Shown here: positions 39,506-51,682 of the stretch, piece by piece
How positions within the stretch are numbered: position 1 is the stretch's first letter
Layout: the number at the start of each line of letters is the position of its first letter
Source: Candidatus Krumholzibacteriia bacterium
GTDB lineage: Bacteria > Krumholzibacteriota > Krumholzibacteriia > Krumholzibacteriales > Krumholzibacteriaceae
NCBI GenBank assembly: GCA_963836185.1
Contig: CAWIIQ010000001.1
Span: forward strand, 416,001-480,000
Length of the DNA: 64,000 nt
Reading direction: 5' to 3'
Notes under the pieces: model-generated
Database searches by the model: none
Told to the model about the DNA's origin: nothing
What the model saw: the letters and a program-made list of their open reading frames with translations, nothing else
Translations under genes and position numbers: made by a program

Positions 39506-42500
39506 ATGTCGTTGAGCCTGCCTGTTACCGGTAAAGTCCGTGGTCTGTCGTTTACAGCAGTGGTCGTCCTGATCGCTGCTTTTTTTATGTCATCGGCGAT
39601 GCCCGGTGAGCTTTCAGCTGCCGATGCTGAAGGTCGTCAGGCGTACAGCGTCGACGTCAGCGGCGACCTCGCCGTTGTCGGCGCGAGTTGGGAGGACGGC
39701 TACAGCGGAGCTGCGTATGTGCTGCGTCGAGGCGGCGACGGCTGGGCCGTCGAGCAGCGGCTCGTCCCCTCCGACCTCGGCCCGTACGACCACTTCGGCG
39801 GCTCGGTCTCGATAGACGGCGACAGGATCACAGTCACCTCGCCATGGCACGACCTGCAGCGCGGGGCGTCGTACGTATTCCGCAAGGATGGCAACAGCTG
39901 GGTACAGGACCGCAAGATTTCAGCGGGCAGGGAAGCGGTGGCCGGCAAGCTCGCGGAGAACATGCTCCTCTGCAGGCGGTCTGCCGCAGGAGGAGTCACT
40001 GCCTGCCGGCGCCCTGGAACTGATCGATGCCCTCGAGAGTGAAACGGGCTCGACTCCGCCTCTGATGGCCCCTGCGGCGCTCGAAGCACCGGAGTGGGTC
40101 TCCGCGACCGACAACACATACGAGGACCGGGTAGAGATAACCTGGGAGAACACGGGGCAGGAAGCGATACTCTACAAGGTCTTTCGAAACGATACGCTTC
40201 TCTCATTCGTGTCTCGCGATAAATCTTACTACGCGGACAGGACTGTCACTATCGGTACGACAGCGCAGTACTGTGTGGCCGTGACCGACATGGCTGCCGA
40301 AGAGACGACGCCGGTCTGCGACGACGGCACCCGCGTCATCGCCCCTCCCGAATCCTTCACGGCTTCCGACGGGCAGTTCATAGACGGGGTCCACCTTTCA
40401 TGGATAGACATGTCGTCGATAAACGACGGCTACATCATATACCGGGATAACGTGCCGATAGATTCCACGGGGGCGAACGCGACCTCCTACATCGATACTG
40501 ACGCCGAGCCGGGGCCTTTTCCGATCCCGGTAAACAACTACAAGATCTCAGCCTATGTCGACGGGGGGTACGAATCGGCCGCAGCGGTTGAAACAGGCTG
40601 GCGCGGAGTGATACTGCCGCCTCAGAACGTGACAGCGTCTGACGGCCAGTACAGCGACAGGGTCCACGTATCATGGCTCGAGCAGGCCGACGACGCGACC
40701 GGCTACAAGATCTACCGCAATGGTGTATGGCTTGAGTCAGCCGTGATCGCCGTGGGAGTAGAGACGTTCATCGATTCCACGATAGTGCCTGGCTTTTCGA
40801 AGGAGTACTGCGTCACAGCGATCGGCGCCGGCGACATCGAATCTATCCGTATCTGCGATACCGGCAGCGCCGGTCTCGCGGCGCCGGGCAGCGTCAGCGC
40901 GAGCGACTCGACATATGACGACCGCGTGCAGGTCACATGGGAGGACCTCTCCGGCTTCGAGGACGGGTACGAGATCATCCGTGATACATATGTGGCAAGC
41001 GCCATGGAAAAGAACACTACAAGACCTGTCGTGACCGCATCGGCCGCCAGCGACACGCTCGGAACAGTCGGCGCCGGGGTGGAGATATTTGATGACATGA
41101 CCGCCGAGCCGGGCGTCACGTACGTCTATTACGTGCGAGCGTTCAGCGCCGAGGGCGGGTTCTCCCCGACCGGCGAGGATTTCGGATACAGGAGTGTCGT
41201 CCTGGCGCCTACCGGTGTGCAGGCCACTGACGGTGACTACGAGGCACGCACCTACATCACGTGGGAAAGTACCTCGAAGACGGCTGTCGCGTTCATGGTA
41301 TTCCGTAACGGGACTCTGATCGACTCGGTCGACAAGGCCCAGAAGTACTACAACGACACCGGCGGCCTGGCCGGCCAGGAATACGATTACAGCGTCAAGG
41401 CAGTCACGCGATGGGGGTGACCAGCGCCGGTGTGTGGGACGCGGGTTACCGCGAACTGCTCAGCCCATCACCTGTTTCAGCCGGCGACAACGCGTTCGAG
41501 GACAGGACCGTTATCAACTGGGCCGACAACAGCGCGGTGGAAGACGGGTACAGGGTATATCGCAGGGCGGCAGATGAGCCTGGACCCCTTCTGGGAGATT
41601 TCAACACGACAGGCGTTGCCAGGGATGTGGCCATCTCAGGTGATTACGCCTTCGTGGCGGATAATTATTCGGGCCTTCATGTGATAGACATCAGCGACCC
41701 CTCAGTGCCCGATTCAGTGGGGAGCTATGATACGCCGGGTTCTGCCTATGGCGTGGCCATCTCGGGTGATTACGCCTTCGTGGCGGACGATTCTTCAGGC
41801 CTTCATGTGATAGATATCAGCGATCCAGCAAATCCCCTGCTTGCCGGGAGCTACGATACCCCGGGCCGCGCCATGGGGGTTGTTGTCGCTGGTAACTACG
41901 CCTATGTAGCGGATTACCTTTCCGGCCTGCAGATCATAGACATCAGCGATCCCACAACGCTAACGCTCGCGGGGAACTACGATACGCCGAGCAACGCTCA
42001 CGGTGTTGCCATCTCGGGTGATTACGCCTACGTAGCAGATTATAATGCAGGCCTGCTGGTGCTGGACATCAGCGATCCGGTAGCGCCCGTGTTGGTGGGG
42101 AGCTACGATACGCCGGGCCCGGCCTGGGGAGTGACCATCTCGGGTAATCATGCTTTCGTAGTGGACCACACTTCCGGTTTTCATGTGATAGACATCAGCG
42201 ATCCGACAGCACCAGAATTAACGGGGAGCTACGATACCCCGGGCACTGCCTTGGGTGTCGCCATCTCTGGTGATTACGCCTACGTAGCGGATGGTTCGCC
42301 AGGTCTTCAGGTGATCGACATCAGCGATCCCACGAAACTCACGTTATCGTGGAGTTATGATACTCCGGGCTACGCCGAGAATATAGCGATTTTCGGAAGT
42401 ATAGCCTGCGTGGCGGACGGGGCTTCAGGGCTTCAGGTAATCGGTATAAATGGTGAACTGCTCGAAACGACCGATCCCAACCGCACATCGTTCGTCGATA

Positions 42501-45500
42501 AAACCGCGCTGTCCGACTCTACGTACGAGTACAGCGTAACTGCTTATGATGCGACCAGCCTCGGATCAGGTGAATCCGCGGCAGCGTCAGACGAAGGCTT
42601 GAGGACGCTAAAAGCGCCGACGCTGGTCACCGCCACCGATGGCCAGTACGAGGACCGCATCGAGATCAGCTGGCGGGATAACTCGGACTGGGAGGACGGG
42701 TACTATATCTACCGTGATGGTGATCCCGAGCCGATCGGCACTGAGGCGGATAACTCCATATCGTTCATCGACTATTCGCCCGAATTCGGGATTCATCACG
42801 AATACAGCGTTGCCGCGTTTGACGCGATCGGGCCCTCGGAGGCGGCAGTGGACGAAGGCCATACGACACTCCTTGCACCGGTGTCGTTCAACGCCTCAGA
42901 CGTATACGAGGACCGCATCGAGATGACCTGGGTCGATCGATCCGAAAAGGAATCAGGTTTCGAGATATACAGAGGCTCAGAGCTGATAGCAACTCTGGAT
43001 GAACCTGATGCAACCTCATACAGTTACGCTCATATTGGAATCAACAGTTTCTTAGATTTAGATATGGACCTTGGTGTCGATGATGTAGCTGTCGCAGACG
43101 ACACCGCCTATGTTTTGTCGGATGGCACGCACCTCCTGATCATCGATAATCCGGCGAATCCGGAAAGTATCGGAGATTATCATGATGCAGATGGGCAGTT
43201 TAGGGCCGTAGCCGTCGCAGGCGACTACGCTTACTTGGTGGGCTACGATCGCCTGGATGTCATCAACATCAGCAATCCGGCGAATCCGACTCTTGAAGGA
43301 CATTTTGGTGTTGGAGGCAGAGACATCGCCGTCGCCGGCGATTATGCCTATGTTGCCAGCAGTAATGACGGTCTCCGGATCTTCTACATCCACGATCCGG
43401 CGAATCCGGATACGGTTTCAACGTATGACACTGATGATGCGATGGGCGTAGATATCTCGGGCAATTATGCTTACGTAGCGGATGGCTCTGCAGGCCTCAA
43501 GATCGTCGATGTCAGCGATCCGGCCAATCCGGCTGCGGCCGGGTCGTGCGATACGCCGGATATTGCCAAGGAAGTTTATGTTTCCGGCGACTACGCTTAC
43601 GTGGCGGATGAGAATGCAGGCCTCCAGATCATTGATGTAAGCGATCCGTTGAGCCCGACTCTTGCCGGATCATATAACACGCCGGGTATTGCTCAGGATG
43701 TTGCTGTTTCCGGAGACTACGCCTATGTGGCCGATGGGAATGGAGGAAACCTGCAGATAATCGATATCAGTGATCCTTCGAAGCCGTCCTTTGCCATATT
43801 TTATGACGTGGAAAGTCCCTCTGATGTGGCCGTTGCGGGAAACTATATCTACGCCACGAATTATAACGGGCTTTATATCGCCACAAAACCGTTGGTCACA
43901 ATGGGCGCCCCTTCCGAGTACTGCGTGCAGGCATACAATGGAGATGTCATCTCGGACGGTTCGTGCGACCAGGGGGCAATGCCTGTTGCCGTATCTGATG
44001 AAGTCACGACGGAGATTTTTCTTAAGCTCATCGGGGACGATGAACTGGCTATGAATGATTATTTCGGGTGCAGCGTGTCGATAAGCGGGGATTGGGCGAT
44101 CGTCGGTGCCTGGGGTGAAAATGATTACAGGGGAGCAGTGTATTTCTTCGAGCGGGATGCTGATGGCGAATGGTCGCGTAAACAGAGACTGGTCGGGACC
44201 AGTACAGCGGCCGGAACTCATTTTGGACGGTCTGTCTCAATAGACGGGGACAGAGCGATTGTCGGAGGGGATGCACATGAAAACGTATGGGCTGAGGATC
44301 AGGGGGCCGCGTGGATATTCGTGCGTGACGATGCCGGTGTCTGGAGCCAGGAGACATGGATATATGCCTCTGACCGTAGTGGAGCAGACGCGTTTGGATA
44401 TAGCGTGTCGATCAGCGGAGATCGCGTGATCGTCGGCGCTCCAAATGATGACAGTGATACGGGCTCCGCGTACATATGGGAGCGCGGTACCAGCGCATGG
44501 CCCGTGCTAGAGACCGCGAAGCTGACGGCAGAAGTAGATGGAGGTGACTTTGGATCTAGCGTATCCATCAGCGGGGATCGTGCGATTGTCGGGGCAGATA
44601 CCTCGGCCTACATCTTCGAGCGCGGCACGGGCGGATGGCCCGCAACAGAAACACAGAAAATCGAAAGCACCGGTGGAATATATACTACTTTCGGCAACAG
44701 CGTTTGCATCAGTGGGGACCGCGCATTTGTCGGAGATTTTAATGGTGGTGATGAACAACAGGGATCAGCATATTTCTTCGAGAGGGCCGACGGTGTCTGG
44801 ATAGAGAAACAGATGCTCATGGCGAGCGGAGGATCCGCAGGGGAACGTTTTGGATGGAGTGTTTCAATGAGCGGGGACCGGATCATCATAGGGGCAGATA
44901 GAGCTCTCGGCGGTGCCAGTTGGCGTCAGGGGGCGTCATATATCTTCGAGTATGACGGACAGGTATGGACTCAGGTACAGAAACTCGTTGCTGGCGACGG
45001 ATCGGACTCTGATCAGCTCGGGGGCAGTGTTTCCATAGACGGGGATTATGCCATCATGGGCGTTACCGAATCTGCGAATGCGGCGTACATTGCTGAACTG
45101 GCATTTGCTCCAGGTAATGTTGTCGCATCCGACGGGACGCTTAACAGCAGGGTCCGTATAACATGGGTCGACCGCGCGGTCAATGAACGGGGATTCCGCA
45201 TCTATCGCGACGGAGAGCCGATCAGTACCGTGAATGAGAATGTCCAGGGATACGAGGATTATGACGCGGAACCGGGACGGACATACGAATATGGTGTAGC
45301 GGCGTTGACCAATGACGTTTCGGCCGAGGTTGAACAGATAAAGGACTTCGGCTGGCGGCCCGCGAATGGAAATATCGCAGGGCGCATCTCGACCATCGAA
45401 GGAGCGGCTTCCGACAGTGTCTGGGTCGAAGTCACGCCTCTGGCGACAGATGTTGAGTCGCAGCAGACAAAGGCACTTCTCTTCGACGGCAACGGCGGAT

Positions 45501-48500
45501 CTGTCAGCGTCTCGGATGCCGCCGGCACATTCAGCTTCAGACGTAATGCGAGCTATACCATCGAGGCATGGGTCAAATACATGGGTGACGGGGGCTCGGG
45601 GGCAGGGGCCGGGACGATGATCGCAAAATCATCCCCGGAGAGCGGCGCAGGCAGCTTCCCGTTCTCTCTGAGCAATATGCGGCCGGACAGCCCCGGCCAG
45701 CTCCGATTCGCGATCGGCGATGACGGCACCCCCGTGGAAGTGCTGAGTGACGGTACAGAGTTCAATGACAACAAGTGGCACCACGTGGCCTGTGTGCATG
45801 ATCCCGACCAGATGGAGATCAGGCTTTACGTCGATTCATTGCCTCAGGGATCGACTACATACAGCAGCCTGGGTGATATCACAAATGATGAACCCGTTAC
45901 GCTTGGCGCAGGTCCCGAGGCAGGCTCATGGTTTGGCGGCCAGCTCGACGAGATTCGCATCTGGAACGTCGTGCGGGCGGATTCCGCTATTCTGGCGATG
46001 ATGTTAAAGCCTCTCGATGGCGATGAAGAGGGCCTGGTCGCCTACTGGCCGCTCGATGACGTAAGCAATGGCATTATTACCGATATGACAGAAAGCGCGC
46101 ACTACGGAACATTCGAAGGGGGCGTTTACTTCACCGGCGACTGCGCGCAGCTCGACATACATCCCGTGACAGACATCGAGGGCAATTTTGTGCTGAACGG
46201 GCTTTATTATGGCACTGAGGGAGAGTTCGAGGTGCGTCCGTTCGACGGTAACCGCCAGTTCGATCCTCCGGTCCAACGAGTGGTCCTCACCAGCGAATCT
46301 CCGGTCGAGAACCAGGTAATCTTCTCGGATATATCGTCGTACACCATATCCGGAACCATCAGGTACGCAGATACCGACTGCCCGGCAGTGGAAATCTCTG
46401 TCATGGTAGATGGTCTTTCTGGTGGCTCTACCGACAAGAACGGAAAGTTCGCCGTAGCGGTCGACCAGGGTGAGCATTCGATCCGCCCGGAAGCCGATGG
46501 CCACACTTTCGAACCAGACAGTCTCATCATTACTGTCGATAATGACGTCGCTGTGAACGATCCTGTAAGCGGAGTCGCGTTCAACGACCTTACGACACGC
46601 ACGCTCTCGGGCCGTCTCGGAGGCGGGTGCGGAAATAACGTAGGCAATATAACCATCTCTATTCGGAGCGAGAACAACTGCTTCCAGAGGACGTGGGAGT
46701 TCAGCGCCGGCGATACCGCTTACAGCAGGGATCTTCCTCCGCAGAACTACCTCGTATCGGCCTCGGTGGCTTCAATCGAGCCTGGCCTGAACGAGATCGA
46801 TGTTCTGGAGTTCTTCCAGAACCTAGGGGTGCGCCTGGCCGAGATGGACACAACGGATGTCGAGATGGACTTCGTATACAGGGCGCCTCTTGTCGTGACG
46901 GTCGAGGGATTCGACGCGCCGCCTTGTCAGCAGCTCAGCATTGACGGCGTACAGCTGCCTGAGGGTCTGCCTGTAATCGAGCAGTTCGAGTATGTCACGC
47001 TTCGAATCACTGTCGGTGAGGACTATGGCACTAGCACTCCATGTAAGCTTGATACGGGAACGGTGACGATATACGACGAGATTTCCGACCAGGAGAACAC
47101 TCCGATCTCCATCCCTATCGTAGACGGGGTGGCGGAATATACGACAATCGGCTCGACACCTAGTCTCCTCGTCGGGCGGGTGGATGGCGACGGGAACAAC
47201 AGGTCGTACCAGAAGGCGATTACTTTCTACGCGTCGGCAGAAGGGATAGAGGCCGACCCGGTTACCGAGTGGGTGCTCGTCACCGGGCATGTGGCGCAGG
47301 AGGGGGCACCATTTGTCACCCTTGCCGGCTCGGTAGAGCCGAAATACATACTACGCGATCCTCCGGGAGATAATTCATACGCATATCTCAAGGAAGGATA
47401 CAAATCCTGTGTGGTTGAAGATTTCAATATGGATACATGGACTAAAGGAAACGGACTAGCGCTCGATTTAAAGTGGGGGGTTCATAAGGGATTCATACTT
47501 GGAATGTTGACCGCTATATTCGAAGAAGTCAAGGTCAAGAAAACGAATAGTTTCAAATTGTCAGCCGTGAGGACATCGAGCACCGACAGCAAGACGGAAG
47601 TCTGCTTCTCCTTTGACGAGATGTTCAAAACCGCTTCGAGCGATCTCTTCACAGGTGAGCAAGGCGATGTATTCATCGGCGCGGGGACAAACTACATCCT
47701 GGCCAAGGTCAGAGTTATCGATATAGAGGGATGTTCTGTTACGGATAATCTATCCTTAGGCGTCGAGCCGGAGGGATTCCATACTACCTTCGCATACACT
47801 GAGCAGTATATCGCTGACGTGCTTATCCCCGAGCTCGATGCGACCGTGGCGAATTATATATCCAAAGGAGAGGCGGATTCCGCGGTTCTATATCAGGTCG
47901 CAAGAGAAGACTGGCAGGCGATGTTAGAGCTGAATACCGAGCTGAAGGCATCCTCGCAGCTCAGCGAGAACCGCTCATTCAGCGCCGGGGCGGATTATGA
48001 GTATTCGTATTCGGAAGTGACGACCGAGTCGTACGTAAAGAAGATGACGCTTATGACTAGTGATGACACGAGCAAAGGACTCCTGGCAGAGATTCTCGGT
48101 AACGATAACACGCTTACGGTCTCGAAATCGAACAGCTTCTCGGACGTAACCGATCTGACGGATACGACGGGAACAGAGACGCAGACTGTCGGGTATGTCC
48201 TGAGCGACGATGATATCGGCGATAACTTCACAGTCGATGTCAAGAACGACGGGACATATCCATCGCCCGTATTCGATGTGCTGGCCGGCGTGAGCTCGTG
48301 CCCGTGGGAGCCGTGGCCGGATACGAGCGGGGACGCGAGGATGGTGCCGCGCGATTCGTCCGTGGTGGAGATGACGATAAGGACGCTGGACAACGTTCCG
48401 GCCGATGAGCCTGCCGTATTCCATCTCGAGTTGAACAACTACAGCCAGAGCAGCGAGATCAGGGAGTACCACCTCAGGCTTCTGTCCACTTCGAATCCTT

Positions 48501-51432
48501 ACGGAGCGATGGTGAAGGTCAACGGCGCCTTGTTGAACGGCCCACAGTCTTTCTTCCTCGAGCCTGCTCTGGACGGCGCCGCTCCGTTGCCGCTGACCCT
48601 GACTGTCGATCGGGGACCAGAAAGCTACACTTATGACGGCCTCAAGGTTATCATGTATCCGCCGTGCGAGTACGCCAACTGGGAGAACGGTGGTGTGCTG
48701 CAGAAAGCGGACACCGTGACGTTCAATGCCCATTTCCAGGCGCCGTGCAGCGAGATCACGCTGTATGAACCGAAGGATGCCTGGGTATACGACAAGGCGA
48801 TGCAGCAGACAACCCCGGACCCGACACCCCTTCCAATAAAATTGACCGGTTACGACAGGGATCTCGGTGTTTTAGGTGATAACATAAGTATCGAATACAT
48901 CGGAGCGAGCTGTCGTCGCCTGGGATCGGGAGACGAGGCTCCTGGAGACTGGGAGATCTGCGGCGCGGAGATATATTATGCCGATCTGGATGTGGAATAT
49001 GTGACGATAGACTGGCTGCCACCGGAGGCGCTCGAGGACGGTGTCTATGAGATCAGGGCGTTTACGCATTGCTCCGAGGGGGAAGGGTTCTCCCAGAGCG
49101 CCATCGGTACAATCGACAGGCACTCGCCTGTTGTGTTCGGGACGCCCCAGCCGGCCGACGGTGTGCTCTCGTTCGGCGAGAATATCAGCATCACGTTCAA
49201 CGAGGCTGTAGATTCACTGTCGATAGATGAGGGGGACATTTCACTGACGTATCTAGACTGGCCGGATCCCCCAGGCCCGGCGATAACATTCGACGCGGTC
49301 TGTAACGGCAGCACGATAGTGATAACGCCGACATCTGCCTCAGGCGACCTCGAGGGAAGGCGGATCGAAGCAAGCGTCAGCGGCATCACAGACCGTATCG
49401 GCAATCCGCTCGAGGCAGCCGTGGTCTGGGAGTTCGACTATCGCAAGAGTCAGTTCGCCTGGAGTGACGCCGACATAGTTGCCGAGGGAGCTCTCGGTAA
49501 CCCGGGCAAACTGATGGCTGAGATGGTAAATGGAACAGGCGAGGCTGTGACCTTCTCGTTCACCCATGATCTGACATTGATCGCGGAGATAATCCCCTCG
49601 ACTGGAACGATACTGCCGGGCGAGACAAAACTGGTAGAACTGGTCGTCAATACAGAGATCAGCGAGGGTCCCCATCACGGTGAAGTGAGAGCGGAAGCGA
49701 CTGATGGCAGCAACGTCAGCGTCGCTATCCTCACCGTCGACTTGAATATCGGGTGCCAGCCTCCAGACTGGACCGTCGAGCCGTCGGGATTCGAATACTC
49801 TATGCCGGTGGTAGCTGAGCTTGTAATCGAGGGTACGCCTTCCACCAGCAGGAGCGACATGGTGGCGGCGTACGTCGGCGGAGAGCTCAGGGGAGTCGGG
49901 AGTGTAGACAGTGTCCATGTGTTCGATACCGATACCGGCTACGATTACTCATGGCTCGTCTTTATGACCGTATACAGCAACCGTCCATCCGGCGAGACCA
50001 TCAGATACAGGATCTGGGATGGCAGCGAATGCACGTTATACAGTTCGGTTGACTCGAACTCATCAGTTCGATGCGAGGGGACAGGTAGGGAACGCCAGAT
50101 GATCCTGCCACGCTCACGACTACTACAGGTACGACAGGGACCGAGACGTTGACTATAGAGGTATCAGAGGGGTGGAACTGGATATCGACGAACATCTCGA
50201 CGCCGGATATGAGCGTTACGCATATCACCGGTGACCTGAACCTCTCCGACGGCGACGTGATCAAGTCACAGTCGGCATTCAGCCAGTTCATTGAGAACAT
50301 GTATCCCGATAGTTTCAAATGGGTGCCTTCGTTCGACCTCGATAATGAATCAGGATACCTGATCAACCTTTCCCAGGCAGGAACTGTCATCCATACCGGT
50401 GATACGGTGGATGTGGCCACTTCGATCCCGGTAACGACGGGATGGAACTGGATCGGATATATACCGACGGCCGGGATGGATGTAGGCGAGGCGCTTGCCG
50501 ACCTCGGCCCAGGCGTGGGCAACCAGGACCTCCTGACAGACGACGACATTCTCAAGGGTCAGGATGGGTTCGCGCAGTACCTGGACGGTGAATGGTACGG
50601 TACTCTCTCGGAGATGGAGCCCGGGCGCGGATACAAGCTGTCGCTTGCGAACGCGGGCGTGACAGGATTCAACTACCCGGCGCCATCCGGATCACCGCCA
50701 GTGGCAGTCGCTGCAGCGGAGGCGGGAGTGGAAGCGCCTGAGTCAGAGGCTTCGGTAGAGGGCGAGCAGGTTACTGCCGCGCCCGACTGGTCGGTCAACC
50801 CTTACGCCTACCAGTTCAACATGACGATGACCGCCGTGCTGCGGGTCGACGGGCTCGAGTCCGTCGATGGCAGGGACATCATCGCAGCGTTCGTTGACGG
50901 CGAGTGCCGAGGCGTTGCCAGGCCGGAGTATATTGGTGGCCTGAGGCGGTACGAGGCCTTCATGATGATACACAGCAACGAGGCGGAGGGTGAGACGGTC
51001 GAGTTCCAGGTCTTCGATGCCGATGCCGGTGTGATCTGTGTTGTCACAGAGCAGGTCGACTGGCAGGCCGACGCGGTAGTCGGTACAGTCACCCAGCCGT
51101 TCGTCCTCAGCGCCATATCGGGCGAGGAAGAGGAAGACGGCGGTGTGCCGAAAGCTTACTCGCTCGGTCAGAACGTCCCGAACCCGTTCAATCCGTCGAC
51201 GACGGTCTACTACGATGTGCCGTCAGGGGGCGGGAACGTGTCGCTGCGTGTTTACGATGTCTCGGGGCGCCTGGTCAGGACACTGGTCGACGGGCACGAG
51301 ACAGAGGGCAGCAAGTCTGTCACATGGGACGGCACGGGTGACCGGGGCCAGAGCGCGGCGAGCGGTATCTACTTCTACCGGATGTCGGCGCCCGGGTTCA
51401 CCGAGACGAAGAAGATGGTGCTTCTGAGGTAA
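39506..51432 (+). CDS. Giant secreted protein 1 (~3900 aa; FG-GAP, Fn3-like repeats, two LVIVD blocks, FG-GAP propeller, LamG, Ig-like, FlgD/T9SS-like tail), frameshifts near 39980, 41410 and 50070-50150
   Basis: ORFs 39506-40042, 39888-41420, 41411-50152 and 50149-51432 are colinear with the intact paralogue 51683-61918. Confidence 0.85.
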
Positions 51433-51461
51433 ATAGCGCCTAAAAATAAGGTGTAAAGTAC

Positions 51462-51491
51462 AGGGGACGGTCTTTTTGACCGTCCCTTTTT
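51462..51491 (+). terminator. Rho-independent terminator
   Basis: AGGGGACGGTC-TTTTT-GACCGTCCCT-TTTT. Confidence 0.85.
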
Positions 51492-51527
51492 ATAATAGGT
51501 CTTAATTTGTTAAACTATATTTAATTG

Positions 51528-51557
51528 TTGACGCTATAAAGTTTAATCTGCTAAAGT
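51528..51557 (+). promoter_or_regulatory. Sigma70 promoter of giant protein 2
   Basis: TTGACG, 18 nt spacer, TAAAGT, with an extended -10 TG; same geometry as 39265-39294. Confidence 0.55.
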
Positions 51558-51682
51558 AAATCTTCGATAGCGGCATCTAATACAACAGAATGACAATTCG
51601 CCCGGGTCTCGCAGCCGGGGTGATTTAAACTAAGTAAAAGAATGAATCAGATTCCATGAACCCATCCTGACGGGAGTGTGTC

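Noticed and set aside
41600-45100. Periodic DNA repeats (GACATCAGCGATCC, GATTACGCC) as a CRISPR or DGR signal
   Set aside because: They are explained by LVIVD and FG-GAP protein repeats, and there is no reverse transcriptase or cas gene in the window.
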